From the NCBI GenBank assembly GCA_963733295.1, contig CAVTCS010000003.1, positions 320,001 through 384,000 of the forward strand: 64,000 nt of DNA. The letters are read 5' to 3'. The position numbers and the translations under genes are program-made. Below the pieces are notes generated by a model, which was not told where the DNA came from, did not search any database, and saw only the letters and a list, made by a program, of their open reading frames with translations. Position 1 is the first letter of the stretch. Each line of letters starts with the position of its first letter. Of this stretch, positions 9,073 through 18,277 are shown piece after piece. This DNA comes from Vulcanimicrobiota bacterium. Lineage in GTDB: Bacteria > Vulcanimicrobiota > Vulcanimicrobiia > Vulcanimicrobiales > Vulcanimicrobiaceae.

Positions 9073-12000
9073 CTAACGCCGGCTCCGGATAGTCAGTCCG
9101 ACGATCGCTGCCGCAGTTCCGGCGAGAACGAACAACCCGATCGTGCCGTGCTTGGCGGCCCGGGCCGATTCAGCTTGGATTTGCGGCATATAGCGCAACT
9201 CGGGCAGCGGATCGTTCGTTTTTCTCCCGCCGCCGTCGATGGCCATCTTCAAGACTTGTGCCGGATGCAGTGCCTGTCGATTCGTCGTCTGCGAAATCTG
9301 CTCCCGGCAACTGAATCCGTCGGCGACGATTATCGTCTGCTGCTCGGCGGCACGCACTCGCGGCAGCAGCGCCCGCTCGCCGATCGCCATCGACACCGCG
9401 TAGTGCGCGGCATCGAATCCGAACGGTCCCGCCATCCCGCAACACCCGGTGTCGGGCCTTTCGTAGTCGAGCTCGAGTGCATCGAACAGTTTGGTCTCGC
9501 CGGAATCGTCCAGAATCGACTTATGATGGCAATGCTCTTGCACGAGTGCCTTACGATGTAAAGGCGGTGGCACGAATTGAGGCGCCTTCTGCGCGAGAAA
9601 CTCGGTCAAGAGATACGTCTGCGCCTTCAGCCGCTTCGCATCTTCATCGGGCCCGAGCAGGTTGGTCATCTCGTCGCGGAAGACCGACACGCAGCTGGGC
9701 TCGAGTCCGACGACGCACACGCCCTCGCGGATCTGCGGCCGCAGCGCCTCCAGTACTTCTTGCAACATGCTTTTCGCTAGGTCGAGCATCCCGTAATCGT
9801 AGAGGGGACGCCCGCAACACAGCTGCACGGCCGGTATAGTGACCTGGAATCCCGCATTTTCCAGAACCTCGACTGCAGCTTGGGCCGTGGTCGGATGAAA
9901 GTGATTGTTCCAGGTGTCGGGCCACAGAATGACACGCTGCTTGCCGACGTTCCGAAGCGGGCGCTGCGCGAACCACGCGCGGAACGTCTGCGGCGCGAAG
10001 AGCGGAAGCGAGCGTTCGGGTGCGATCGAGATCAGCGCCTTCGCGATTTCACGCAAGCCCGGCGTCTGCGTGAGGGCGTTCGCCACGCCGGGAGCGCGCG
10101 AAGCGATTCGCGCCCACCAATACATCAGGCCGAACGCGAAGGCTGCGAGCGGACGTCGCTTGCCTTCGTAATAGTGGGAAAGAAATTCGGCCTTGTAGGT
10201 TGCCATGTCGACGTTGACCGGGCATTCGCCCTTACAGCCCTTACACGACAAACACAGATCGAGCGCGTCTTTGACGCCTTCGTCCTGCCAGCCGTTTCCG
10301 ATTGGATTGCCTTCGAGCATCTCGAACAGCAACCGCGCGCGCCCACGCGTTGAGTAGGCCTCTTCCTTTGTCGCCATGTAGCTCGGGCACATCGTTCCAG
10401 CGTCGTGCTTACGGCACTTGCCCGTTCCGATGCAACGGTTCGCGGCATTTGCGAAGCTGCCGTTGTCGTCTTCAAATGTAAAGTGCGTTCTAGGTTCCCA
10501 CGGCTCGTATTCGGTGCCCCAGCGCAGGTTTTGATCGAGCTTGTGGGGATGCACGACCTTGCCCGGGTTCATCTTGTGCTGCGGGTCCCAGATCGTCTTG
10601 AACTCCCAGAACGCCTGCATCAGGTCGTCGCCATACATGATGGGCAACAACTCTCCGCGCGCCTGACCGTCCCCGTGCTCGCCGGAGAGCGAGCCGCCGT
10701 GAGCCACGCAAATGTGCGCCATCTTGGTAACGAACTCGCGGAATTTCGCGATGCCGGGCGCGGTGAAGAGATCGAAGTTGATGCTGACGTGCAGGCAAGC
10801 CTGTCCGAAGTGCCCGTAGATCGAACCTTTGTAGCCGTACTCGTCGAGCATCGCCCCAAACGCGCGAAGGTAATCCCCCAGGCGCTTGGGATCGACGGCG
10901 GAGTCTTCCCAACCCGGATAGTAGTCCGCCTCATTTGGAACCTTCGCGGTCGCACCCAATGCGTTATCGCGCAATTTCCAAAAACGCGCCTGCTCATCGT
11001 GGTCGTCGAACAGTCGCATCGAGGGCGGGTTAGGGCGTCCCTTGAACGCCTCGAGGAGGCCGCGCGCGCGAGCGGCGGCCGACTCCTTCGTGTCGCCGCC
11101 GAACTCGCAAATCAACCAGCCCTCACCCGGCGGAAACATCGAGCGGCCGGAGTCCGGGTGGCCCTCTTTGCGCTCGAGGAAGCCGAACATCGTTGCCGAT
11201 ATGCCCTCGAGCGCGATCGGACCGTGCTCGCTGCAAAATGGAACCTCGTCGGCCGCACTGCTCAAATCGGGAAAACCGAAGATCGCGATCGCGCGATGGG
11301 GCGGGCTATCCACGAGTCGAACGGTCGCGTCGACGATGGTGACGCAAGTGCTCTCGGTGCCGACCAAAGCGCGCGCGACGTTGAAGCCATTCTCAGGGAG
11401 CAATTCGTTCAGCGGAAAACCCGAAACGCGGCGGGGAATGGCGGGGAATCTCTCGCGAATTCGGTCGGCGTACTTGTCGCGCAAGGCTTTGAGTTGCCGG
11501 TAGATGTCGCCCCTGCGGCCGCCGGCGGCGATGATTCGCTCGAGCTCATCATCAGATGTCCGGCCGACCCGTAGCCGCAGGCCATCGTACGTGACGACCT
11601 CGAGCTCCTCAACGTTCTCTTCGGTCTTGCCGGCCATCTGGGCGTGCATGCCGCACGAATTGTTACCGATCATCCCCCCGAACGTGTTGCGATCGTGGGT
11701 TGCCGGATCGGGTCCAAACGTGAGGTGACGCTCCTCGGCCTTCTTGCGCAGGTCGTCGTTGATGCAGCCAGGCTGAACCCGAGCGGTGCGGCCCTGCCAA
11801 TCGATCTCGAGGATCGCATTCATGTACTTGCTGAAATCGAGAACGACGGCGACGTTACAGGTTTGACCGGCGAGGCTGGTCCCGCCGCCGCGCGAAAAGA
11901 CCGGCGCTCCGAATTTGCGACAGACCGCTAGGGCTCGCTCGACGTCTTCGGCATCCTTGGGAACGACGACCCCGATCGGTACTTGCCGGTAGTTCGAAGC

Positions 12001-12192
12001 ATCGGTCGCGTACATCGCGCGAGTGCTCGAATCGAAACGAACCTCGCCGCGCACGCTGCTGCATAGCTCGGCCTCCAGTCCGGCAGCATCGACGTCGGCC
12101 TGCTCGACCGAACCGGATCGCTGAGTGGCCTTCGGGCGTTCGCCGTCACGGCCGCCGCCCGCTGTCGCAACGGCTTTGAGAATGCGGATCAT
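9073..12192 (-). CDS. FAD-binding and Fe-S-binding oxidoreductase (GlcD/GlcF fusion, YdiJ-like)
   Basis: RGGGTSLAGQ, GGMIGNNSCG, SGEHGDG, CIGTGKC, CLSCKGC..ECP, CCG repeats; hydrophobic C-terminal tail. Confidence 0.92.
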   Translation of the reverse strand: MIRILKAVATAGGGRDGERPKATQRSGSVEQADVDAAGLEAELCSSVRGEVRFDSSTRAMYATDASNYRQVPIGVVVPKDAEDVERALAVCRKFGAPVFSRGGGTSLAGQTCNVAVVLDFSKYMNAILEIDWQGRTARVQPGCINDDLRKKAEERHLTFGPDPATHDRNTFGGMIGNNSCGMHAQMAGKTEENVEELEVVTYDGLRLRVGRTSDDELERIIAAGGRRGDIYRQLKALRDKYADRIRERFPAIPRRVSGFPLNELLPENGFNVARALVGTESTCVTIVDATVRLVDSPPHRAIAIFGFPDLSSAADEVPFCSEHGPIALEGISATMFGFLERKEGHPDSGRSMFPPGEGWLICEFGGDTKESAAARARGLLEAFKGRPNPPSMRLFDDHDEQARFWKLRDNALGATAKVPNEADYYPGWEDSAVDPKRLGDYLRAFGAMLDEYGYKGSIYGHFGQACLHVSINFDLFTAPGIAKFREFVTKMAHICVAHGGSLSGEHGDGQARGELLPIMYGDDLMQAFWEFKTIWDPQHKMNPGKVVHPHKLDQNLRWGTEYEPWEPRTHFTFEDDNGSFANAANRCIGTGKCRKHDAGTMCPSYMATKEEAYSTRGRARLLFEMLEGNPIGNGWQDEGVKDALDLCLSCKGCKGECPVNVDMATYKAEFLSHYYEGKRRPLAAFAFGLMYWWARIASRAPGVANALTQTPGLREIAKALISIAPERSLPLFAPQTFRAWFAQRPLRNVGKQRVILWPDTWNNHFHPTTAQAAVEVLENAGFQVTIPAVQLCCGRPLYDYGMLDLAKSMLQEVLEALRPQIREGVCVVGLEPSCVSVFRDEMTNLLGPDEDAKRLKAQTYLLTEFLAQKAPQFVPPPLHRKALVQEHCHHKSILDDSGETKLFDALELDYERPDTGCCGMAGPFGFDAAHYAVSMAIGERALLPRVRAAEQQTIIVADGFSCREQISQTTNRQALHPAQVLKMAIDGGGRKTNDPLPELRYMPQIQAESARAAKHGTIGLFVLAGTAAAIVGLTIRSRR

Positions 12193-12240
12193 GCATTCCA
12201 AACCATAATGGGGATTTGGCCCTCGCGCCTCGGACAGCTC

Positions 12241-12266
12241 GTTTTAAGCGAATGGTCGCCGGGTAG
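12241..12266 (+). promoter_or_regulatory. SigB/SigF-like promoter
   Basis: GTTT-N16-GGGTAG upstream of the cfa-like gene. Confidence 0.55.
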
Positions 12267-12315
12267 AAGAAGAATACCTCTGCGGGGGAGCGTGGAAGGA
12301 GGACGGGACCGCGGG

Positions 12316-13668
12316 ATGAGTCACGCGCAAAGTCCGTCGTCGCAAGTTAGTCTTCGGACCGAAGAAACCGACGCGGTCGGGCGCGATCAGAGCCGCGAGA
12401 TAGCGCTGAAGGTGTTGCGTCAAGTCTTCGCGGACGCGTACGCGCGAGACTTCGCGATCCGGTTGTGGGACGATTCAATCGTTCCGGCTCGAACTCCGGA
12501 GCGCTTCGTGTTGCGGATCAATGCGCCGTTCGCGCTGCGAGCCGCTTTCATGCCGCCCTTCGAACTCAATGCCGGCGCCGCGTTTGTGCGCGGCTGGATC
12601 GACGTCGATGGAGATCTCGAGGCGGCGGTGGACGCAATGATGCGCGCAACAGCATCGCTCTCGGCGCTAAGCGCGTCACTCCTTGCCGCGCGGCTGCTGC
12701 GTCTTCCTAAGCCTCCGCAGGTAACCCTGAAGGATCGCGCCGCGCACCTTCGCGGAAGAATTCACTCGCATCGACGCGATGCCGAAGCGATCGCGTTCCA
12801 CTACGATCAACCGGTGTCGTTTTATCGAACCTTCCTCGATCCAGCTTTAGTGTATTCGTGTGCTTATTGGGACGAGGGCGTGCGCACCCTCGCCGACGCG
12901 CAAACGGCAAAGATCGACTACATCCTGCGCAAGGTCCGTCTAAAACCGGGCGAGCGGGTACTCGACGTCGGCTGCGGCTGGGGAGGCTTGATCGTGCGGG
13001 CGGCGGAACGGTTCGGCGCGCGCGCCGTCGGGATCACGCTCAGTCAGCAGCAATACGAAGAAGCGCAGCGTCGCATTCGCGCGAAGGGACTCGATGGTCG
13101 CTGCTCCGTTGAGCTCCGCGACTATCGCGAACTTGGAGACCGGACCTTCGACAAGATCGTCAGTGTCGGTATGGTCGAACACGTCGGGCGCGATTGCTTG
13201 AACGAGTATTTCTCCACGCTCTGGAAGGCGTTGCGGCCCGGCGGGCTCTTCCTCAACCACGGAATCGCGGAACAGAGTGAAGGGCGGCGCGGTGGCAAGG
13301 CGACGGGGTTCATCGCGCACTACGTCTTTCCGGACGGCGAGCTGGTAGCCTTGGGCGACCGGCTTGCGATCGCCGAGCGCGTCGGATTCGAAGTGCGTGA
13401 TGTCGAGAGCCTTCGCGAGCACTACGCTCGCACTTTACGCGCGTGGGTGGCCAACCTCGAATGCAACCGCCGCGAGGTTGTCGGCGCAAGCGACGAGATG
13501 ACGTACCGCATTTGGCGTCTGTATCTCGCGGGGAGTGCCCAGGGCTTCGCAAGCGGGCGGCTTGGCGTTTTCCAGTCTCTGCTCGCAAAACCAACCACCG
13601 ACGGTCGCACGGCCTGTCCTCCTACGCGCCAGGATCTTTATCTCGATCGACCTTGCTATGCTGGGTAA
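12316..13668 (+). CDS. cfa: Cyclopropane-fatty-acyl-phospholipid synthase family SAM methyltransferase
   Basis: HYD, YSCAYW, VLDVGCGWG, GITLS..Q, SVGMVEHVG, YVFPDGEL, HYARTL..W. Confidence 0.88.
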   Translation: MSHAQSPSSQVSLRTEETDAVGRDQSREIALKVLRQVFADAYARDFAIRLWDDSIVPARTPERFVLRINAPFALRAAFMPPFELNAGAAFVRGWIDVDGDLEAAVDAMMRATASLSALSASLLAARLLRLPKPPQVTLKDRAAHLRGRIHSHRRDAEAIAFHYDQPVSFYRTFLDPALVYSCAYWDEGVRTLADAQTAKIDYILRKVRLKPGERVLDVGCGWGGLIVRAAERFGARAVGITLSQQQYEEAQRRIRAKGLDGRCSVELRDYRELGDRTFDKIVSVGMVEHVGRDCLNEYFSTLWKALRPGGLFLNHGIAEQSEGRRGGKATGFIAHYVFPDGELVALGDRLAIAERVGFEVRDVESLREHYARTLRAWVANLECNRREVVGASDEMTYRIWRLYLAGSAQGFASGRLGVFQSLLAKPTTDGRTACPPTRQDLYLDRPCYAG

Positions 13669-13685
13669 GCGATGCTAGGCGGCGT

Positions 13686-14273
13686 TTACGCAAACCGCGC
13701 CTCGCGTTCGTTCTTGAAAACTCTGCGCAACTCATCGATGGTTTTAAGCGCTTTCTTGTGAGATGTCGTACCCTTTAGGTCGATATCGTTGCCCTCGGCT
13801 GCCGAATATTCGGTGAGAAATCGTTCGATGCCGACGAGTTTTTCTTTTGGAAGATCGTCGATGTCTTCGAATATGTCCGTCGACAGCGCCACGCCGGGCT
13901 TGCGTGTTGGACACGCTACGATCCGGTCATTCTCTTCTCCATCTTTTACGAGCTGAATCGAGCCAAGCACGCGCACCTCAAGCATACATCCCGAGAACGT
14001 AGGCTCGTCATTCAAGATCAGGACGTCGAGAGGGTCGCCGTCGTCTGCGAGCGTCTGCGGGATAAACCCATAATCGTACGGCCAGCGCAGCCCTTCTGCG
14101 AGGGTGGCTTTGAGGAGCATTATTCCATATTTCGGCTCAAACGCATATTTGTGCCGGGTCAATGCGGGTGTTTCCACGACGGCGTAGACGACGCCGTCCG
14201 GCTCACCAGGCGGATACGTCGGAATCTCGTCATAATTTGTCGGATTGACTTTCCGGTGATCGTTTTTGCCCAT
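13686..14273 (-). CDS. ppa: Inorganic pyrophosphatase (family I)
   Basis: PYDYGFIPQTLADDGDPLDVL signature; ENDRIVAC. Confidence 0.9.
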   Translation of the reverse strand: MGKNDHRKVNPTNYDEIPTYPPGEPDGVVYAVVETPALTRHKYAFEPKYGIMLLKATLAEGLRWPYDYGFIPQTLADDGDPLDVLILNDEPTFSGCMLEVRVLGSIQLVKDGEENDRIVACPTRKPGVALSTDIFEDIDDLPKEKLVGIERFLTEYSAAEGNDIDLKGTTSHKKALKTIDELRRVFKNEREARFA

Positions 14274-14286
14274 CCGACCAGCGTAG

Positions 14287-14367
14287 CTAGTGGCCTACGC
14301 CTAAGAGGAAGAGAATGAGGATCAGGCCGAGCGGCACGCCCAGCAACCACAAGAGAATCAGAATCAC
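14287..14367 (-). CDS. 26-aa single-TM small protein (below ORF-track cutoff)
   Basis: MILILLWLLGVPLGLILILFLLGVGH*; GGAGG SD at 14376-14380; GTG overlaps the upstream TGA (GTGA). Confidence 0.75.
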   Translation of the reverse strand: MILILLWLLGVPLGLILILFLLGVGH

Positions 14368-14969
14368 GATTGAGTCCTCCGTTCGGGTGCAGAATACATC
14401 GCCTTCCGCGTGCGATGGTGCGTGAAGCTCATAGGCTCACCGGAGGCTAGCCAACCGCCGATCACGGTTCCAACTAGCCCAAGCAGAATTGTCATGAGCG
14501 CCGCGAGCGCCGTATCCCGAATGGCTTCCGGCGACGCCGTCGCAGCCGCGGCGTTCGCAAGCGGCAGGCTCGTGAGCCCTCCGGACCAGCCGCCGAAAGC
14601 ATTGCCCGAGCCTGCCGCCAACAAGATGATGAGGAGCGGCAAAGAGACGAGCCAACTGACAGCCGCGTGAAGAATGGACGGCTCTGCGTGCCGACTGCCG
14701 GCGATCTTTCCCGCCACCCAGCCTCCGCACACGAACGCAAAAAATGCGGAGACGACGGCCACGATGACATCGAGACGTGAGACCGCTTGCCATGTCGAGA
14801 TCGATCGAGACGATGACGCGCCCAGTGCGGTCCCTACAAGCCCAAGGATGAGCCCCGCAGCCAGCGCAGCCAGGGCACCGATCCAGACGGCGCTCCAGTT
14901 CACGGGCCAAGGCGTCCAGACCGCTATTTCTCCGCCCGCGACCTCGTGCGCGACTGTCCTCTGCTGCAT
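14364..14969 (-). CDS. Four-TM Gly/Ala-rich membrane protein (VxWxAxxxG family)
   Basis: VNWSAVWIGALAA, GGWVAGKIAG, LHAAVSW. Start placed downstream of the promoter at 15011-15037. Confidence 0.72.
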   Translation of the reverse strand: MQQRTVAHEVAGGEIAVWTPWPVNWSAVWIGALAALAAGLILGLVGTALGASSSRSISTWQAVSRLDVIVAVVSAFFAFVCGGWVAGKIAGSRHAEPSILHAAVSWLVSLPLLIILLAAGSGNAFGGWSGGLTSLPLANAAAATASPEAIRDTALAALMTILLGLVGTVIGGWLASGEPMSFTHHRTRKAMYSAPERRTQS

Positions 14970-15010
14970 GTTCCCGTCTCTCTCTAGGCCTTGATTCATT
15001 GCAACCATGG

Positions 15011-15037
15011 CTACCCGTGAAGCTGAGCGATGAAACC
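15011..15037 (-). promoter_or_regulatory. SigB/SigF-like promoter
   Basis: GGTTT-N16-GGGTAG. Confidence 0.6.
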
Positions 15038-15199
15038 AAATGATGCGATCGCACGCGCGTCATCTTTCGGCCGAATCGTTTGACTTCCATCAAACGCGGG
15101 CACAATGGGGCCGAACGTAAGGGCAAGCCGGTCGGGGCCGCCGCAACAGCGAGACGTTCTTGCGGTCTTTTCGTACTCTGGAGGCTGAACCTGAAACAA

Positions 15200-16312
15200 T
15201 TGCGGCCGGCCGACGAGAACGAACGTCTTCCGTGGCAACGGGAAATCGTTTACGCTTTACAAATCGCGGCGCTTTTAGCTGCCGCGATCTACATCTTGAC
15301 GAACATCTCGGGCTTTTTGAGCCGAATCCAGACCTTTGTGGCGATCATCGTCGGCGCCATCTTCGTCGCGTACGCCGTCAAGCCGGCGGTGAATTGGCTG
15401 GAGAAGCGCTGCCCACGCAATGTGGCAATCGCAATCACGTATTTCGGCTTAGTAGCATTCCTCGCGGCCACGACGGCAATCGTCGTCCCAAGCTTTGTCG
15501 AAGGCGTGAATCAGTTCATAAATGAAGTGCCGCACGCGACCGCTGCATACCACGCGCAAATTGCGGCCGCGACCTGGGTGCACCGTCTACCTTCTGGTGT
15601 TGGTAACGCGATCTTACACGTGCCCGAGCGACTCGCCGGTTTGCTAGGAAACCCAGGAGTTGAAGCGACGACGGGGGTCGTGGCATTTGCCGTTTCGGCC
15701 GTTTCTGCCGTACTCGTTGTGGTGGTCATTCCGATCCTTGCAGTGTACCTGCTTCTCGAAGCCGGCACGTTACGGCGAGCAGCTCTTTGGTTGACGCCTC
15801 CGGCCGCTCGTTTGCCGATCGCGCGCGTCGGTCGCGAGATCGACCTTATGATCGGGAACTTCATTCGAGGCCAATTCATCGTCGCGCTCATCGTCGCGGC
15901 GATGATGACCACGCTTTTGCTCGTCCTACGAATAAAGTATGCAATCCTGATCGGTGTGCTCGCCGGATTTCTCGACGTGATTCCTTACGCGGGGGCTGTA
16001 GCTGGCTGGCTGCCGGCATTTGCGATCGCGCTTTTCACGAATGGTTGGGAAAGCGCGCTGCTGGTGACGCTGGGGATCATCGCAATCAATCAAATTGAGG
16101 GGAACGTACTCGTGCCACGGATCATCGGCGAAAGGGTGGACTTGTCGCCGCTGACGGTGATCGTCGCTTTGTTTATCGGAGGCGAGTTGCTTGGGATTCT
16201 GGGGCTGCTGATCGCCGTTCCAGCGGTCGCTATTTTCCGCATCGTCGGCGAGAAACTCGTTGAGGAGACCGTTTCCTCCGGCCGGGAGGACGCTAAGAAT
16301 GTTCCCCGCTAA
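15200..16312 (+). CDS. AI-2E family transporter
   Basis: FIRGQ, IPYAG, QIEGNVLVPRIIG, GGELLGILGLLIAVP. Start is TTG15200 or CTG15191. Confidence 0.9.
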   Translation: MRPADENERLPWQREIVYALQIAALLAAAIYILTNISGFLSRIQTFVAIIVGAIFVAYAVKPAVNWLEKRCPRNVAIAITYFGLVAFLAATTAIVVPSFVEGVNQFINEVPHATAAYHAQIAAATWVHRLPSGVGNAILHVPERLAGLLGNPGVEATTGVVAFAVSAVSAVLVVVVIPILAVYLLLEAGTLRRAALWLTPPAARLPIARVGREIDLMIGNFIRGQFIVALIVAAMMTTLLLVLRIKYAILIGVLAGFLDVIPYAGAVAGWLPAFAIALFTNGWESALLVTLGIIAINQIEGNVLVPRIIGERVDLSPLTVIVALFIGGELLGILGLLIAVPAVAIFRIVGEKLVEETVSSGREDAKNVPR

Positions 16313-17403
16313 CGGATCGCGAGACCGCGAAGGTTATTGAGGCCAGTGTTGCTGCCCGAAATATTTTGAACCGGCGCGACGTTGCCGTTCGCGCCGGGTG
16401 CAAAAACCAAAATCGAATTGTTGACCGCGTCGCCGACATAGATGTAACCCGACGCGTCGACCGCAATTGCGGCCGGGTACGAGAGCAGCGTGTTCGCGCC
16501 CGAAATCACGCGCGACGGTGCCACGTTCCCGTTGCTTCCGGCCGCGAAGACCAGAACCTCATGGCCACCGGGATTCGCGACGTAGATGTTGGCGGCGCTG
16601 TCGAGCGTGAGGCCTAAGGGCGAACTTAGCAGCGTGGCAGAGCCGGTGATGATCTGCACCGGCACGGCGTTGCCGCTCGCTCCGGCCGCGAATATGTCCA
16701 CGCTCGCTTGGTTGAAGTTCGTTACGTAGATGTTGGAGCTTCCGTCCAACCATATGCCGGCGGGTTGCCCGCCATTGAAGGTCGTGTTCGAGCCGGCGAT
16801 GACGTTTGCGGGAGCGACGTTGCCGTTCGATTCGGGTGAAAAGATGCGAATCGATCCGTCCACGTCGCTGCCGGCGTCGGTCACGAAGATCGTCCCGGCA
16901 GCGGTCGTATAGACCCCGATCGGGATGGCGAAGCCCGTGTTCAAACCCGCCAGCGAGACGATGGGCGCCGCGCTTCCGCTCGCACCCGGCGCGTAGGCTG
17001 TCACCGTTGCGAGCAGACGGTTTGCCGACCACAAGTCACCGGAACCATCGACATAGATCAGGTAGGGTGCGAGAACGCCGCTTCCGGTAAGGGTCGTGGT
17101 TGGGGCGAGATTCCCGGTCCCGGTCGCGGGAAACGACACGACGTTGCTCGCGCCGAAATTTCCGATGAAGATCGACGCCGGCCGAGCTAGCGCCGTGGCC
17201 GTCGCCGTCGGCGTCGGGCTCGCGGTTGCCGTTGGCCGTGCCGTGGGGCTCACGCTCGGCCTTGGCGTCGGCGTAGTGCCGCTGATCGGTTGCGCGGGAG
17301 CAGCCGAGCCGCCGCATCCGCTCACGACACCGGCGGCGACCGCGAGGGCCGCGATTGTGAGGAAGGCACGAACGTTTGGGTGCTTCGATTGCTTTAGGCC
17401 CAT
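16309..17403 (-). CDS. Lipoprotein with NHL-like beta-propeller repeats
   Basis: Lipobox VSGC, TP stalk, about six repeats of the form IYV.N...V.VFAAG.NGNVAP...I.G.NT.L..P.GI.LD. Confidence 0.82.
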   Translation of the reverse strand: MGLKQSKHPNVRAFLTIAALAVAAGVVSGCGGSAAPAQPISGTTPTPRPSVSPTARPTATASPTPTATATALARPASIFIGNFGASNVVSFPATGTGNLAPTTTLTGSGVLAPYLIYVDGSGDLWSANRLLATVTAYAPGASGSAAPIVSLAGLNTGFAIPIGVYTTAAGTIFVTDAGSDVDGSIRIFSPESNGNVAPANVIAGSNTTFNGGQPAGIWLDGSSNIYVTNFNQASVDIFAAGASGNAVPVQIITGSATLLSSPLGLTLDSAANIYVANPGGHEVLVFAAGSNGNVAPSRVISGANTLLSYPAAIAVDASGYIYVGDAVNNSILVFAPGANGNVAPVQNISGSNTGLNNLRGLAIR

Positions 17404-17569
17404 GCGTTACACGTCGTTCCTTCGGGGACGCTAATCGCCCCAAAACATGAAGGGCGGCGGAGCTTGCGGGCCGCCGCTCCTTACCCGAAAGTACCACGTC
17501 CGTGTCCGCGGACCTGGCCAAGGGGACGGTGAGCGGCCAGCTGGGATTCGATATCGAGAAAAGGTCTTC

Positions 17570-17593
17570 TCAATTATTCGATTGAATAGTTGA
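17570..17593. promoter_or_regulatory. Putative ArsR-family operator
   Basis: AT-rich imperfect palindrome TCAATTATTCGATTGAATAGTTGA, 3 nt before the ArsR ATG. Confidence 0.65.
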
Positions 17594-17596
17594 ATA

Positions 17597-18274
17597 ATGA
17601 AGACGGTAGACCATCGAGGTTTCAAGGACGAGCTCTATTTGCAATTCGCCCGGATCGGCGCCGCCGTCGCGAGTCCAAAACGGCTGGAGATTCTCGACCT
17701 GCTGGCGCAGCGCGAACGGAGCGTCGAAGACCTCTCACGCGAAGTGGGTCTTTCGGTCGCAAACGCCTCGCGCCACCTCCGCGTCCTCGCATCGGCTCAA
17801 CTCGTTGCGGTGCGGCGTTTGGGGACTTTCGCCTATTACCGTCTCGCCAGCGGCAGCGCGTTGCGACTCGTTCGCGTCGTAGGTGACGTCGCCGAGGAAC
17901 GCCTTCCCGAGGTCAAAGCGACGCTGCACCGACACCTCGGAGAGCGCGGGATCGAGGAATTGAGTCCGACCGCGCTTGCGCGCCGCGTGAAGAGCGGCCG
18001 CGCACTCCTCCTCGACGTGCGTCCGCAAGACGAGTATCGAGCCGGCCACATCCCGGGGGCGCGCACGGTTCCAATCGACGCCCTGGTGCGCAAAAAGGCG
18101 ACCGAGGGACTCCCGCGCGATCGCGAGATCATCGTCTACTGCCGCGGTCCCTATTGCGTCTGGGCCGATGAGGCCGTCGAGGTTCTGCAACGTCGCGGGT
18201 TCACGGCGCGAAGGCTGCTGCTAGGCGCGCCCGATTGGGCCGCGCTGGGCGAGGCGCTGGAAACGGCAGGCTGA
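17597..18274 (+). CDS. ArsR/SmtB regulator with C-terminal rhodanese domain
   Basis: ASPKRLEILDLLAQ..SVEDL..ASRHL; LDVRP..EY.AGHIPGA; active-site loop YCRGPYC. Confidence 0.92.
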   Translation: MKTVDHRGFKDELYLQFARIGAAVASPKRLEILDLLAQRERSVEDLSREVGLSVANASRHLRVLASAQLVAVRRLGTFAYYRLASGSALRLVRVVGDVAEERLPEVKATLHRHLGERGIEELSPTALARRVKSGRALLLDVRPQDEYRAGHIPGARTVPIDALVRKKATEGLPRDREIIVYCRGPYCVWADEAVEVLQRRGFTARRLLLGAPDWAALGEALETAG

Positions 18275-18277
18275 TTC

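Noticed and set aside
10405..11574. Long antisense or alternative-frame ORFs (this one, 19951-21138, 36847-38226 and many others)
   Set aside because: Typical high-GC shadow ORFs opposite well-supported genes, with no motifs.
3089..16312. Genomic island integrated at tRNA-Thr (some downstream genes look lower in GC)
   Set aside because: No integrase, and I found no duplicated tRNA 3' end (att site) by eye.
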